From assembly GCA_963663385.2 (NCBI GenBank), contig CAXXXD010000002.1, positions 1,312,001-1,376,000 on the forward strand: a stretch of 64,000 nucleotides of DNA, read 5' to 3'. The notes under the pieces are model-generated. The model was not told the origin of the DNA, ran no database searches, and saw only the letters and a program-made list of their open reading frames with translations. The position numbers and the translations under genes are program-made. This stretch comes from Oceanispirochaeta sp. Lineage in GTDB: Bacteria; Spirochaetota; Spirochaetia; DSM-2461. Shown here in pieces: positions 29,111 to 37,597 of this stretch; within the stretch, counting starts at the first letter, position 1, and every line of letters starts with the position of its first letter.

Positions 29111-29138
29111 AAAATATCCTATATGAGATATTTGTCAA
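29111..29138 (-). promoter_or_regulatory. Putative higBA promoter/operator
   Basis: Minus-strand TTGACA (29138-29133) then TATTTT 16 nt downstream, overlapping palindrome AAATATC-N8-GATATTT (29112-29133). Confidence 0.5.
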
Positions 29139-29270
29139 TGTTTAAATTTTTAAGCATCTCTCATCAGGAATTCAGATAAAATCAGACTTTTAATACTTAT
29201 ATTCTGAAGCAGTACCGGAATTTGGTCTGTTAATAGCTGTGAAAACGCAGTAATATTAATGGAGACTATT

Positions 29271-29702
29271 ATGGGAGAAGCTCAGGTGGATCAGAATCAA
29301 CTGGATCAGATAGGTAGTTATGTTAGAAGCCATATTGGACAATGGCTCCGTGAACAGAATATCCTGCCTTTTCCGGAAAGGGAAAGAGGACTTGATCGGG
29401 AAATCCTTGACCGGATAATAACAGTGGAACAACAGCTGAAATTTCAGAATGAAAAAATAGAGATGATGATGGTGCAGTCTGATAAACGTTTTGAGTCCAT
29501 GGATAAAAGATTTGAGTCCATGGATAAAAGGTTTGAGTCCATGGATAAAAGGTTTACAGATATGCAGTTGTATATGGATAAACGATTTGAGGCTTCCCAG
29601 AAGAATATGAGTCAGAGTTTTAACAGAGTTTATGGATTACTGACAATTATATTTGCGGGTATGCTGAGCGGATTTGTTACTTTGATTGTTAAACTGGTTT
29701 GA
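29271..29702 (+). CDS. Heptad-repeat coiled-coil protein with C-terminal TM anchor (Bdr/DUF1640-like), copy 2
   Basis: SD GGAGA before ATG 29271; N-terminal ~65 aa clearly paralogous to copy 1; DKRFESM x3; hydrophobic C-terminus. Confidence 0.8.
   Translation: MGEAQVDQNQLDQIGSYVRSHIGQWLREQNILPFPERERGLDREILDRIITVEQQLKFQNEKIEMMMVQSDKRFESMDKRFESMDKRFESMDKRFTDMQLYMDKRFEASQKNMSQSFNRVYGLLTIIFAGMLSGFVTLIVKLV
29481..29564 (+). repeat. 21-bp coding tandem repeat (GATAAAAGrTTTGAGTCCATG-like x4)
   Basis: Read directly from the sequence. Confidence 0.9.
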
Positions 29703-29809
29703 TGATTGAGATACAAATCATCGCTTAATTAATCACTTAGTCAAAATAAATGAAAGAATATTTTTCACTCGTATAACTCCCTTTCTTAAAAAGATTTATC
29801 ATTACGTAA

Positions 29810-29895
29810 TGTTCAACTCATGAACAAAATCAATAAAATCAGCTTATTTCTTATTGTTAAACTCTTTTTGTTGTGATATGTTCATTAACTGAACA
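29810..29895 (+). promoter_or_regulatory. Two palindromes TGTTCA-N5-TGAACA plus a putative sigma70 promoter
   Basis: 29810-29826 and 29879-29895. TTGTTA(29854-59)-N17-TATGTT(29877-82) with extended -10 TG, overlapping the second palindrome. Confidence 0.65.
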
Positions 29896-30050
29896 AAGAC
29901 CGGTTTTACTCCGGTTTGCGGGGTTAATGAGTCTTATCAGTTTAAGCTTGTGTTTCGGCCGGTTTGAACAGGGGGCTCTACAGGTTTGGTTTTGCGCTGT
30001 TTTTTTGATGACAGCGGGTGGGGGTGGTTTGACCTCCCCCCGGCCCCCTC

Positions 30051-30252
30051 CTCAAGGAGGGGGAGAAGAGTCTTGTTTTTTTCTTCGTAGTATAGTGACT
30101 CTATCCCTTGTCCATCGGTCTCCCTAATCCCTCAAGGAGGGGGAGAAGAGTCTTGTTTTTTTCTTTGTAGTATAGTGACTCTATCCCTTGTCCATCGGTC
30201 TCCCTAATCCCTCAAGGAGGGGGAGAAGAGTCTTGTTTTTTTTCTTTGTAGT
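30051..30252. repeat. 80-bp tandem repeat, ~2.5 copies
   Basis: Units start at 30051, 30131 and 30211 (CTCAAGGAGGGGGAGAAGAGTCTTGTTTTTTTCTTyGTAG...); near-identical. Confidence 0.95.
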
Positions 30253-30354
30253 GATAGCGGTTTTATTCCTGGCTCTATATCTCGACTATGCTGCTATACG
30301 CAGTTCGCTCGGTATTTAGCGCTTGGGAATCATCCGGGCCTCCTTCTGGCCAGA

Positions 30355-30807
30355 CCTCCCCCGGCTCTGGTCATTCCGCTACGTTGCATTGCTCGAGTAT
30401 GCATAAATCAGATTCACCCTACTATTCCGGTCAGTTTCAGGAATCTAATGATGAATCAGATATAAACATGCTGTGTTCGATACGAGATCTCAGGTTTTGA
30501 GATGTGGTTTTAGTGAACCCCTCTCCCCCTTCATATCGACTACGTTCGATGACTTGTTGGTACCCCTCTCCCCCGACCCCTTGATCACAAACTTCGTTTG
30601 TTGCACAGGCAGGCGTCCGGCCTCTCCCAGAGTGAGAGGGGAGGAATGTTTATTGTGGAAACCCTCTCCCTTTAATTCCCTCTCCCAGAGTGCGAGGGAT
30701 TAGATATTAAGATATGGATAAAAAACTGATAATGGCCTCCCCTGACCCTGGTCATTCCGCTTCGCTGCATTGCTCGGACATGCAGCCGGGCCCCTCCGGA
30801 GGAGGGG
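30355..30807. repeat. Cluster of REP-like hairpin elements including a 49-bp dispersed repeat
   Basis: 30355-30403 and 30736-30784 match at 41/49 positions. CCCTCTCCC motifs near 30518, 30563, 30621 and 30661; hairpin CCCCTCC-GGA-GGAGGGG at 30791-30807. Confidence 0.7.
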
Positions 30808-30814
30808 AATAAAT

Positions 30815-31330
30815 ATGGACAAAGAGTTAATAATTCTGGAACAGATACAAAACAATCCTCATGTTAATCAACGGGATTTGGCTACGGTTACCAGGGCTTC
30901 CCTGGGGATGACTAATGCTATTCTCAAGCGCTTTGCGGAGAAGGGGTTGATTACGATTAAGAAGGTGAATAACCGGAATATTCGTTATGCTCTAACTTCC
31001 GAGGGGATGGAGGAGATTAATCGCCGGTCCTGGGGGTACTTTAAGCGTACAATCAAGAATGTGGTGGATTATAAGGATGCTATTGGTGAGGTGATTCGTC
31101 AGGCCAAGGCTGACGGGTATGAAGGGATTACTCTTATTGGTGAGAGTGATTTTGATTTTATTATTGAACATCTTTGTTATAAGATGAGTATGCCTTTTTT
31201 GTACCTGGAAGATGCTGAGGGAGGGATTCCGAAAACTCAGTATCGCTTTGTTGCGGAGACTTTGGAGTCTGAGGCTTTGAAAGCTGAAATGGAAGATGAG
31301 TTTAATCTTAAGCGTTTAATTGTCGGTTGA
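30815..31330 (+). CDS. Winged-helix (MarR-like, polysaccharide-locus-associated) transcriptional regulator
   Basis: ILEQIQNNPHVNQRDLA..SLGMTNAILKRFAEKGLI..RYALTSEG; heads the glycan cluster. ATG 30815 preferred over TTG 30770. Confidence 0.85.
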   Translation: MDKELIILEQIQNNPHVNQRDLATVTRASLGMTNAILKRFAEKGLITIKKVNNRNIRYALTSEGMEEINRRSWGYFKRTIKNVVDYKDAIGEVIRQAKADGYEGITLIGESDFDFIIEHLCYKMSMPFLYLEDAEGGIPKTQYRFVAETLESEALKAEMEDEFNLKRLIVG

Positions 31331-31382
31331 TGTATGTGTAGGGATGGAGGAGATTCATCGACGGTGCTGGGGTTATTAGGAT

Positions 31383-31409
31383 ATTCTTGCTATGAATAAT
31401 AGCAAGAAT
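31383..31409. promoter_or_regulatory. 11-bp perfect inverted repeat ATTCTTGCTAT-N5-ATAGCAAGAAT upstream of gmd
   Basis: Read directly; a second palindrome TTCAAGT-TT-ACTTGAA lies at 31453-31468. Confidence 0.45.
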
Positions 31410-31641
31410 GTTATAAGTGTCGAAAAGCAACGACAATTACCGAACAAGGTTCTTCAAGTTTACTTGAATGATCTTATAGCATTGAAATAAAAATGATAAT
31501 GATAGATAAGAATAAGATAGTTTGTTTCTAAGAAAAAAACTAATCTTGTTTTTTGAATAAAATAACAGCTGGGATAATTAACTACTTTCTCAACTTAATA
31601 TATTGAAAATAATTCTTCTACTTAAAATGGAGTGAAATGGA

Positions 31642-32727
31642 ATGAAAAAAGCAATAATTACAGGTGTTACTGGTCAAGATGGTGCATATCTTTCTGAATT
31701 TCTTTTAAATAAAGGTTATGAAGTCCATGGAATAAAGCGAAGATCCTCCAGTTTTAATACAGGGCGAGTTGATCATTTATATCATGACCCTCATACCAAA
31801 GATAATAAATATTTTCTTCATTATGGGGATTTAACAGATACGTCAAATCTTATCCGGATCATTCAGGAAGTTAAACCGGATGAAATATATAATCTAGGGG
31901 CTCAAAGTCATGTCCATGTATCATTTGAAGTCCCTGAATATACTGTAGATACCGATGGTGTGGGAACTTTAAGGCTTTTGGAAGCGATACGGATTCTTGG
32001 AATGGAAGATAAAGTTCGTTTATATCAGGCATCAACCAGTGAACTTTACGGAAAGGTTCAGGAAATCCCGCAAAAAGAAACTACCCCGTTTTATCCAAGA
32101 AGTCCTTATGGTGTTGCGAAATTATTTGCTTATTGGATTGTTGTTAACTATAGAGAATCATATGGTTTATATGCCTGTAATGGTATCCTTTTTAACCATG
32201 AAAGTCCAATAAGAGGTGAAACATTTGTTACAAGGAAAATAACCCGTGCAGTAGCAAGAATTAAATTTGGATTGCAGGAAAAGCTGTATATGGGAAATAT
32301 TGATGCAAAGAGGGATTGGGGGTTCGCAGGTGATTACGTTGAACTCATGTGGTTGATGTTGCAGCAGGATTCTCCTGATGATTATGTTATGGCAACAGGA
32401 GTTACAACTACTGTTCGTGAGTTTATTACCCTTGCTTTTAAAGAAGCGGGAATTGATATTATCTGGGAAGGTCACGGAATTGATGAAAAAGGAATTGATT
32501 CTTCCAGCGGAAAAGTCTTGGTAGAGATAGACAAACGTTACTTCCGACCCGCAGAGGTTGATTTACTTGTCGGGGATCCAAGTAAAGCTAAGCAAAAATT
32601 AAACTGGAAACCTAAGGTACAATTGCCGGAATTGGTAAAAATGATGGTGGAAAGCGATATCCAGCTTGTTAAAAAGGATGCACATTTGAAAGACGGAGGG
32701 TTTCAGGTTGAGAACTATTTTGAATAA
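31642..32727 (+). CDS. gmd: GDP-mannose 4,6-dehydratase
   Basis: [56 protein letters not shown]. Confidence 0.96.
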   Translation: MKKAIITGVTGQDGAYLSEFLLNKGYEVHGIKRRSSSFNTGRVDHLYHDPHTKDNKYFLHYGDLTDTSNLIRIIQEVKPDEIYNLGAQSHVHVSFEVPEYTVDTDGVGTLRLLEAIRILGMEDKVRLYQASTSELYGKVQEIPQKETTPFYPRSPYGVAKLFAYWIVVNYRESYGLYACNGILFNHESPIRGETFVTRKITRAVARIKFGLQEKLYMGNIDAKRDWGFAGDYVELMWLMLQQDSPDDYVMATGVTTTVREFITLAFKEAGIDIIWEGHGIDEKGIDSSSGKVLVEIDKRYFRPAEVDLLVGDPSKAKQKLNWKPKVQLPELVKMMVESDIQLVKKDAHLKDGGFQVENYFE

Positions 32728-32757
32728 TATCATCTATTCTTATTGGAGGTGTGAATA

Positions 32758-33912
32758 ATGTCAGATTTTTTACCATATGGACATCAGTGGATTGATGATG
32801 ATGACATCGATTCTGTTGTACGCGTTTTGAAAGCAGACTATATAGCACAGGGGCCTGAAGTTGAAAAGATGGAGAAGACAATATGTGATCTCACAGGCGC
32901 AAAATACAGTGTGGTAGTATCTAATGCAACTGCAGGTCTGCATATTGCGGTAGCCGCCCTGAATCTTCCAAAGGATTCAGAAGGGATTACTTCGCCAATT
33001 ACTTTTGTTGCTTCATCCAATTGCCTTGTTTATTGCGGACTTACTCCGCGTTTTGCTGATATTGACCCAAGAACATACTGTATTGACCCAGTAGAGATTG
33101 AGAAGAAAATTACTCCACATACAAAAGTTCTCATTCCGGTCGATTTTGCAGGGCAACCGGCAGAAATGGATCGAATTAAAGAAATCGCTGATAAAAATGA
33201 CTTGCATATCATTGAAGATGCCGCACATGCTATTGGGACTCTGTACCCAGACGGTACACCTGTCGGTTCATGCAAATACTCAGATATGACAGTATTCTCT
33301 TTTCATCCGGTAAAAACAATAACCACAGGTGAAGGTGGTGCAATTACAACCAATAACAAAGCATTATACGACCATCTGGTTTTACTGCGTTCTCATGGTC
33401 TTGTGCGAGATCCCGATCAAATAGCAGATTATCCCGGTCCCTGGTATTACGAAATGAATGAATTGGGTTTCAATTATAGAATGACTGATATTCAGGCTGC
33501 TCTGGGAAATAGTCAGTTGAATAAGCTTTCGTTGTTTAAAAAACGAAGACGAGAAATTTTAACAAAATATAATGAAGCTTTTAAAGATAATAAATACCTA
33601 ACTGTTCCTTATGAAACCCCGGGGGCTGATAGCTGTTTTCATCTTTATATTTTGCAGATTGATTTTGAAGCATTGGGGAAGACTCGAAAACAAACTATTA
33701 AAGAATTAAATAGTAATGGAGTCGGTGTTCAGGTCCATTATATCCCTGTCGCTTATCAACCCTATTATAAAACCCGTTATTTTACAAAAAGAGGTGATTT
33801 CCCTGTTTCAGATCATTATTATGATAAAGCACTGAGCATTCCCCTTTATCCAAAGATGACCGATGATGATGTTCAACGGGTTATTGATACAGTATTGAAG
33901 GTTGTTCAATAA
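32758..33912 (+). CDS. pseC: UDP-4-amino-4,6-dideoxy-N-acetyl-beta-L-altrosamine transaminase (PseC-like, DegT family)
   Basis: LPYGHQWIDDDDI..QGP, FSFHPVKTITTGEGG, LGFNYRMTDIQAALG, VHYIPV. Confidence 0.82.
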   Translation: MSDFLPYGHQWIDDDDIDSVVRVLKADYIAQGPEVEKMEKTICDLTGAKYSVVVSNATAGLHIAVAALNLPKDSEGITSPITFVASSNCLVYCGLTPRFADIDPRTYCIDPVEIEKKITPHTKVLIPVDFAGQPAEMDRIKEIADKNDLHIIEDAAHAIGTLYPDGTPVGSCKYSDMTVFSFHPVKTITTGEGGAITTNNKALYDHLVLLRSHGLVRDPDQIADYPGPWYYEMNELGFNYRMTDIQAALGNSQLNKLSLFKKRRREILTKYNEAFKDNKYLTVPYETPGADSCFHLYILQIDFEALGKTRKQTIKELNSNGVGVQVHYIPVAYQPYYKTRYFTKRGDFPVSDHYYDKALSIPLYPKMTDDDVQRVIDTVLKVVQ

Positions 33913-33948
33913 AATAGATTAAGTGTAATAGATATCAGGATTATAAAG

Positions 33949-34812
33949 ATGAATAAATTAGCTCTTGGAACTGTTCAGTTTGGATTGGATTATGGAATCA
34001 GTAATACCCATGGTAAAACCAGTTATACTGAGGTAGAAGCTATTCTTGGTTATGCCAGAAATGCGGGCATAAATCTACTTGATACTGCTCCAGCTTATGG
34101 AAATAGTGAAGAAGTACTTGGCCGTTACCTTAAAGAACCTGATAATAATTTTGAAATTGTTTCAAAATTGCCTGCAGATTTCAGTAGTGTTAAAGAAACA
34201 GTTATTCATTCACTTACTCAGCTGCAAACTGACAAGTTCTATGGTTACATATATCACAATTTTAATGTATTTAAAGGTAACCCCGATAGTATTTATGATC
34301 TATATGAATTACAGAATTCCGGGATAATCAGAAAGGTTGGTTTTTCTCTCTATAAGACTGAAGAACTGGACTTTTTGCTGCAAAATGAAATCAAATTTAA
34401 TATAGTACAGGTGCCTTATAGCATTTTTGATAGAAGATTTTCCAGGTATTTTGAATTACTCAAAGATATGGATGTTGAAGTACATGCTCGGTCGGCTTTC
34501 CTGCAAGGATTAGCTTTTGTTAATCCTTCAGATTTGAATACATTTTTTAAACCGGTGACTTCTCAGATTGAGGAGCTTAATGCATTATCAATCAAGTCTG
34601 GATTATCAATTGCTGATATATGTCTATTATGGTGTACCCAAAATGAATTCATTGATAAAGTAGTCATTGGAGTGAACACAAGGGATAATCTTATAGATAA
34701 TATTGAATCTGCTAAAAAGTATTTTGATTTTAAAAGTTCAACTTGGTTGAAAGGTATTGAAATACGAGATGAAAGTATTTTACTTCCTTTTTTATGGAAA
34801 AAGGGTAGGTAG
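33949..34812 (+). CDS. Aldo/keto reductase
   Basis: KLALGTVQFGLDYG, DTAPAYGNSEEVLG, HARSAFLQG. Confidence 0.88.
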   Translation: MNKLALGTVQFGLDYGISNTHGKTSYTEVEAILGYARNAGINLLDTAPAYGNSEEVLGRYLKEPDNNFEIVSKLPADFSSVKETVIHSLTQLQTDKFYGYIYHNFNVFKGNPDSIYDLYELQNSGIIRKVGFSLYKTEELDFLLQNEIKFNIVQVPYSIFDRRFSRYFELLKDMDVEVHARSAFLQGLAFVNPSDLNTFFKPVTSQIEELNALSIKSGLSIADICLLWCTQNEFIDKVVIGVNTRDNLIDNIESAKKYFDFKSSTWLKGIEIRDESILLPFLWKKGR

Positions 34813-34817
34813 TTATT

Positions 34818-35510
34818 ATGAAAAATACAATTGCTATTATAACGGCTAGAGGTGGCTCGAAAAGAATCCCCCAAAAAAATATAAAACCTTTCTTTGGTAA
34901 GCCAATGATTGGTTATGCGATTGAAGCCTGCAAAGAGGCAGGAATTTTCTCTACTATTATGGTCTCTACAGATTCGAAGGAGATTGCAGAGATTGCCAGA
35001 TCATATGGTGCGAAAATACCTTTTATGCGTTCTGATCGAACATCTTCCGATTTTGCAACAACTTATGATGTTTTGGAGGAAGTTGTTACGAACTACGAAA
35101 ATAAAGATATTTCCTTTGATTCATTATGCTGTGTGTATCCCTGTGTCCCGTTTTTAAGAGGTTCAACCTTAAAGTCAGCTTATGCACATTTCAATAAATC
35201 TACTGTGGAGGGTGTTCAGCCTGTCTGTAAATATCCAGTTCCGATAGAATGGGCAATGAAAATAGAAAATGGTATTCTTGTTCCAAATGATCATGAAGCA
35301 TTGAAGCTGCGATCACAGGATTTAACCCCAAAATACTTTGATGTCGGGATGTTTTATTTTATAAAAACAAAAGCTCTTTTAGAACAGAAAACCCTGGTTC
35401 CATCAAAAACTTTTGCCTATATTATGAACGAAAATGAAATCCAGGATATTGATACCATGGATGATTGGAATTTAGCTGAATTAAAAATGAAATTGATGAG
35501 AGGTTATTAA
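34818..35510 (+). CDS. pseF: CMP-nonulosonate synthetase (PseF/NeuA-like cytidylyltransferase)
   Basis: IITARGGSKRIPQKNIK, VSTDS, RSQDL, DVGMFY, QDIDT. Confidence 0.85.
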   Translation: MKNTIAIITARGGSKRIPQKNIKPFFGKPMIGYAIEACKEAGIFSTIMVSTDSKEIAEIARSYGAKIPFMRSDRTSSDFATTYDVLEEVVTNYENKDISFDSLCCVYPCVPFLRGSTLKSAYAHFNKSTVEGVQPVCKYPVPIEWAMKIENGILVPNDHEALKLRSQDLTPKYFDVGMFYFIKTKALLEQKTLVPSKTFAYIMNENEIQDIDTMDDWNLAELKMKLMRGY

Positions 35511-36821
35511 ATGGGAAAAGGTCAGGATTTATACATTCGTGCTAAAGAAATTATACCTGGAGGTACTCAGCTTCTGAGCAAGCGTCCAGAGCAGTTCCTT
35601 CCGGATAATTGGCCTGCTTATTACAGTAAAGCTAAAGGGTGCAGTGTCTGGGATTTGGACGGTAATGAATATATAGATGCCAGTTTCATGGGGATCGGTG
35701 CCAATATTCTGGGATATGCAGATGAAGATGTTGACGCATCTGTTTCAAAAGCAATATCAATGGGTACCATGACAACTCTTAATCCTCCGGAAGAAGTCGA
35801 ACTCGCTGAAAAACTGATAGAAATTCATCCCTGGTCTCGAATGGTTCGATTCACAAGAACTGGTGGTGAAGCAATGACAGTCGCCGTTCGTATTGCCAGA
35901 GCTGCAACAAAAAAGGACATAGTACTGTTCTGTGGTTACCATGGATGGCACGATTGGTATATTGCAGCAAATCTCTCTGATAATTCAGCTCTGGATGGGC
36001 AGCTGTTGCCCGGACTTCAACCTGCGGGAGTTCCGCGCTTTCTTAAAGATTCTTCATTTCCATTCAGCTTTAATAGCAAGGAAGAATTTTCATCTCTGAT
36101 TGCTAAATACAAAGGTCGAATTGCTGCAGTAGTAATGGAACCAATTCGTAATGTTGAACCTGAAGAAGGTTTTTGGGAATATATTCAAACGGAAACTGAC
36201 GATAATGGAATTGCTCTCATTATTGATGAAATAACATCTGGTTGGCGTTTAAATCTTGGGGGTGCTCATCTTTTGTATGGAATAGAGCCTGATATATGTG
36301 TCTTTGCTAAAGGTATGAGCAATGGTTATCCAATGGCTGCAATTATTGGAAAAACAGAATTCATGGATGCAGCTCAGGACTCGTTTATCAGTAGTACATA
36401 CTGGACTGAACGTATTGGGCCTGTTGCAGCTTTATCTTCGATTCTGAAAATGAAAAAACACAATGTTCAGGATCATTTGATTAGTACAGGCAAAGTAATA
36501 CAAAAAGGATGGAATGAAATATCAGCTAAGCATGATATTACAATTCATGTAGGGTCAATATATCCCCTCAGCCATTTCGAGTTTAAGGCCAATGAGCCAT
36601 TAGTCTTGAAAACGTTATTTACTCAGGAAATGTTGAAGAAAGGCTTTTTAGCTACTAATTCATTCTACTGCAGTTACAGTCATACGGAACAAAAGGTTCA
36701 GAAATATCTTGAAGCCGTAGATGATGTTTTTGGAATTATTAAAAACGGACTTAGCCAGGGGAATGTAAAATCATTGCTGGATGGCCCAGTATGTCAAAGT
36801 GGTTTTAAGAGATTGAACTAA
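35511..36821 (+). CDS. Class III PLP aminotransferase (glutamate-1-semialdehyde aminomutase-like)
   Basis: IPGGTQLLSKR, AKGCSVWDLDGNEYID, GYHGWHDW, IDEITSGWR, FAKGMSNG. Confidence 0.88.
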   Translation: MGKGQDLYIRAKEIIPGGTQLLSKRPEQFLPDNWPAYYSKAKGCSVWDLDGNEYIDASFMGIGANILGYADEDVDASVSKAISMGTMTTLNPPEEVELAEKLIEIHPWSRMVRFTRTGGEAMTVAVRIARAATKKDIVLFCGYHGWHDWYIAANLSDNSALDGQLLPGLQPAGVPRFLKDSSFPFSFNSKEEFSSLIAKYKGRIAAVVMEPIRNVEPEEGFWEYIQTETDDNGIALIIDEITSGWRLNLGGAHLLYGIEPDICVFAKGMSNGYPMAAIIGKTEFMDAAQDSFISSTYWTERIGPVAALSSILKMKKHNVQDHLISTGKVIQKGWNEISAKHDITIHVGSIYPLSHFEFKANEPLVLKTLFTQEMLKKGFLATNSFYCSYSHTEQKVQKYLEAVDDVFGIIKNGLSQGNVKSLLDGPVCQSGFKRLN

Positions 36822-36841
36822 TAGTCTTATGAGGTGTTTGT

Positions 36842-37597
36842 TTGAAGATACAGTTTGGTCTTAAAGCATGGTCAACAAATATGCTTTTAATACCTGAAAC
36901 AATTAAAGCATTTGAAGAAAGGTCTTTGGATTATGTTGAACTTTTTTGTGTGCCGGGGACAGTAATGGATACCGCTCCACAATGGTCAGCAACAGGAATC
37001 CCCTTTATTGTTCATGCACCACATTCTTTAAGTGGTTTGAATTTTTCTCAAAAAGGAATGGCAGCGCAGAATAGAGAATTAGCTGAAGAGGCTTTCAAAA
37101 TGGCTGATATCCTTGCCGCGGATACTGTTATATTTCACCCGGGTACGGATGGGAATCTTGAGGAAACAATTTCTCAGGTTCAAAAGAACTATGATCCGAG
37201 AATGGTTATTGAAAATAAACCGTATTCAGGACTGGATGGTTCTATTTGTATAGGTTCAACCCCAGAAGAAATATCATCAATCAGTAAGGTATTAAATATC
37301 CCCTTTTGTCTAGATTTTGGACATGCCGTTGCATCGGCCAATTCTCATAAAATTGATCCTCTTGAATTCATAAAACAATTCATTTTATTAAGTCCGAAAA
37401 TGTATCATCTAACTGATGGAGAATATAGTAGCGAACTTGATCATCATAAGATGTATGGCACCGGAGATTTCCCAATGCGGGAATTCCTCAAACTGATTCC
37501 TGATAACTCAAAAGTAAGTAATGAGGCAGAACGTTCTGATAATAATAGTATTCGTGATTACCTAATAGATAGGGAATGGGTTGAAAGTAATGCTTAA
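36842..37597 (+). CDS. TIM-barrel protein (AP endonuclease 2 / sugar-phosphate isomerase-like)
   Basis: Metal-binding-type motifs VHAPH, IFHPG, IENKP, CLDFGHA, YHLTDG, DHH; TTG start. Confidence 0.75.
   Translation: MKIQFGLKAWSTNMLLIPETIKAFEERSLDYVELFCVPGTVMDTAPQWSATGIPFIVHAPHSLSGLNFSQKGMAAQNRELAEEAFKMADILAADTVIFHPGTDGNLEETISQVQKNYDPRMVIENKPYSGLDGSICIGSTPEEISSISKVLNIPFCLDFGHAVASANSHKIDPLEFIKQFILLSPKMYHLTDGEYSSELDHHKMYGTGDFPMREFLKLIPDNSKVSNEAERSDNNSIRDYLIDREWVESNA

Noticed and set aside
21968..29702. Paralogous repeat genes as attL/attR or IS ends of a mobile element
   Set aside because: They are diverged coding paralogues, not identical sites; no integrase, transposase or target-site duplication seen.
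30051..30252. 80-bp periodic repeat as a CRISPR array
   Set aside because: The whole unit repeats, so there are no unique spacers; only 2.5 copies; no cas genes in the window.
29873..30703. Short ORFs 29873-30127, 30288-30500 and 30473-30703
   Set aside because: They run through hairpin repeats, show no recognisable motifs, and have no convincing RBS.
35511..36821. hemL (tetrapyrrole biosynthesis)
   Set aside because: The fold is similar, but the gene is embedded between pseF and pseI with no hem genes nearby; a sugar-modifying role is more likely.
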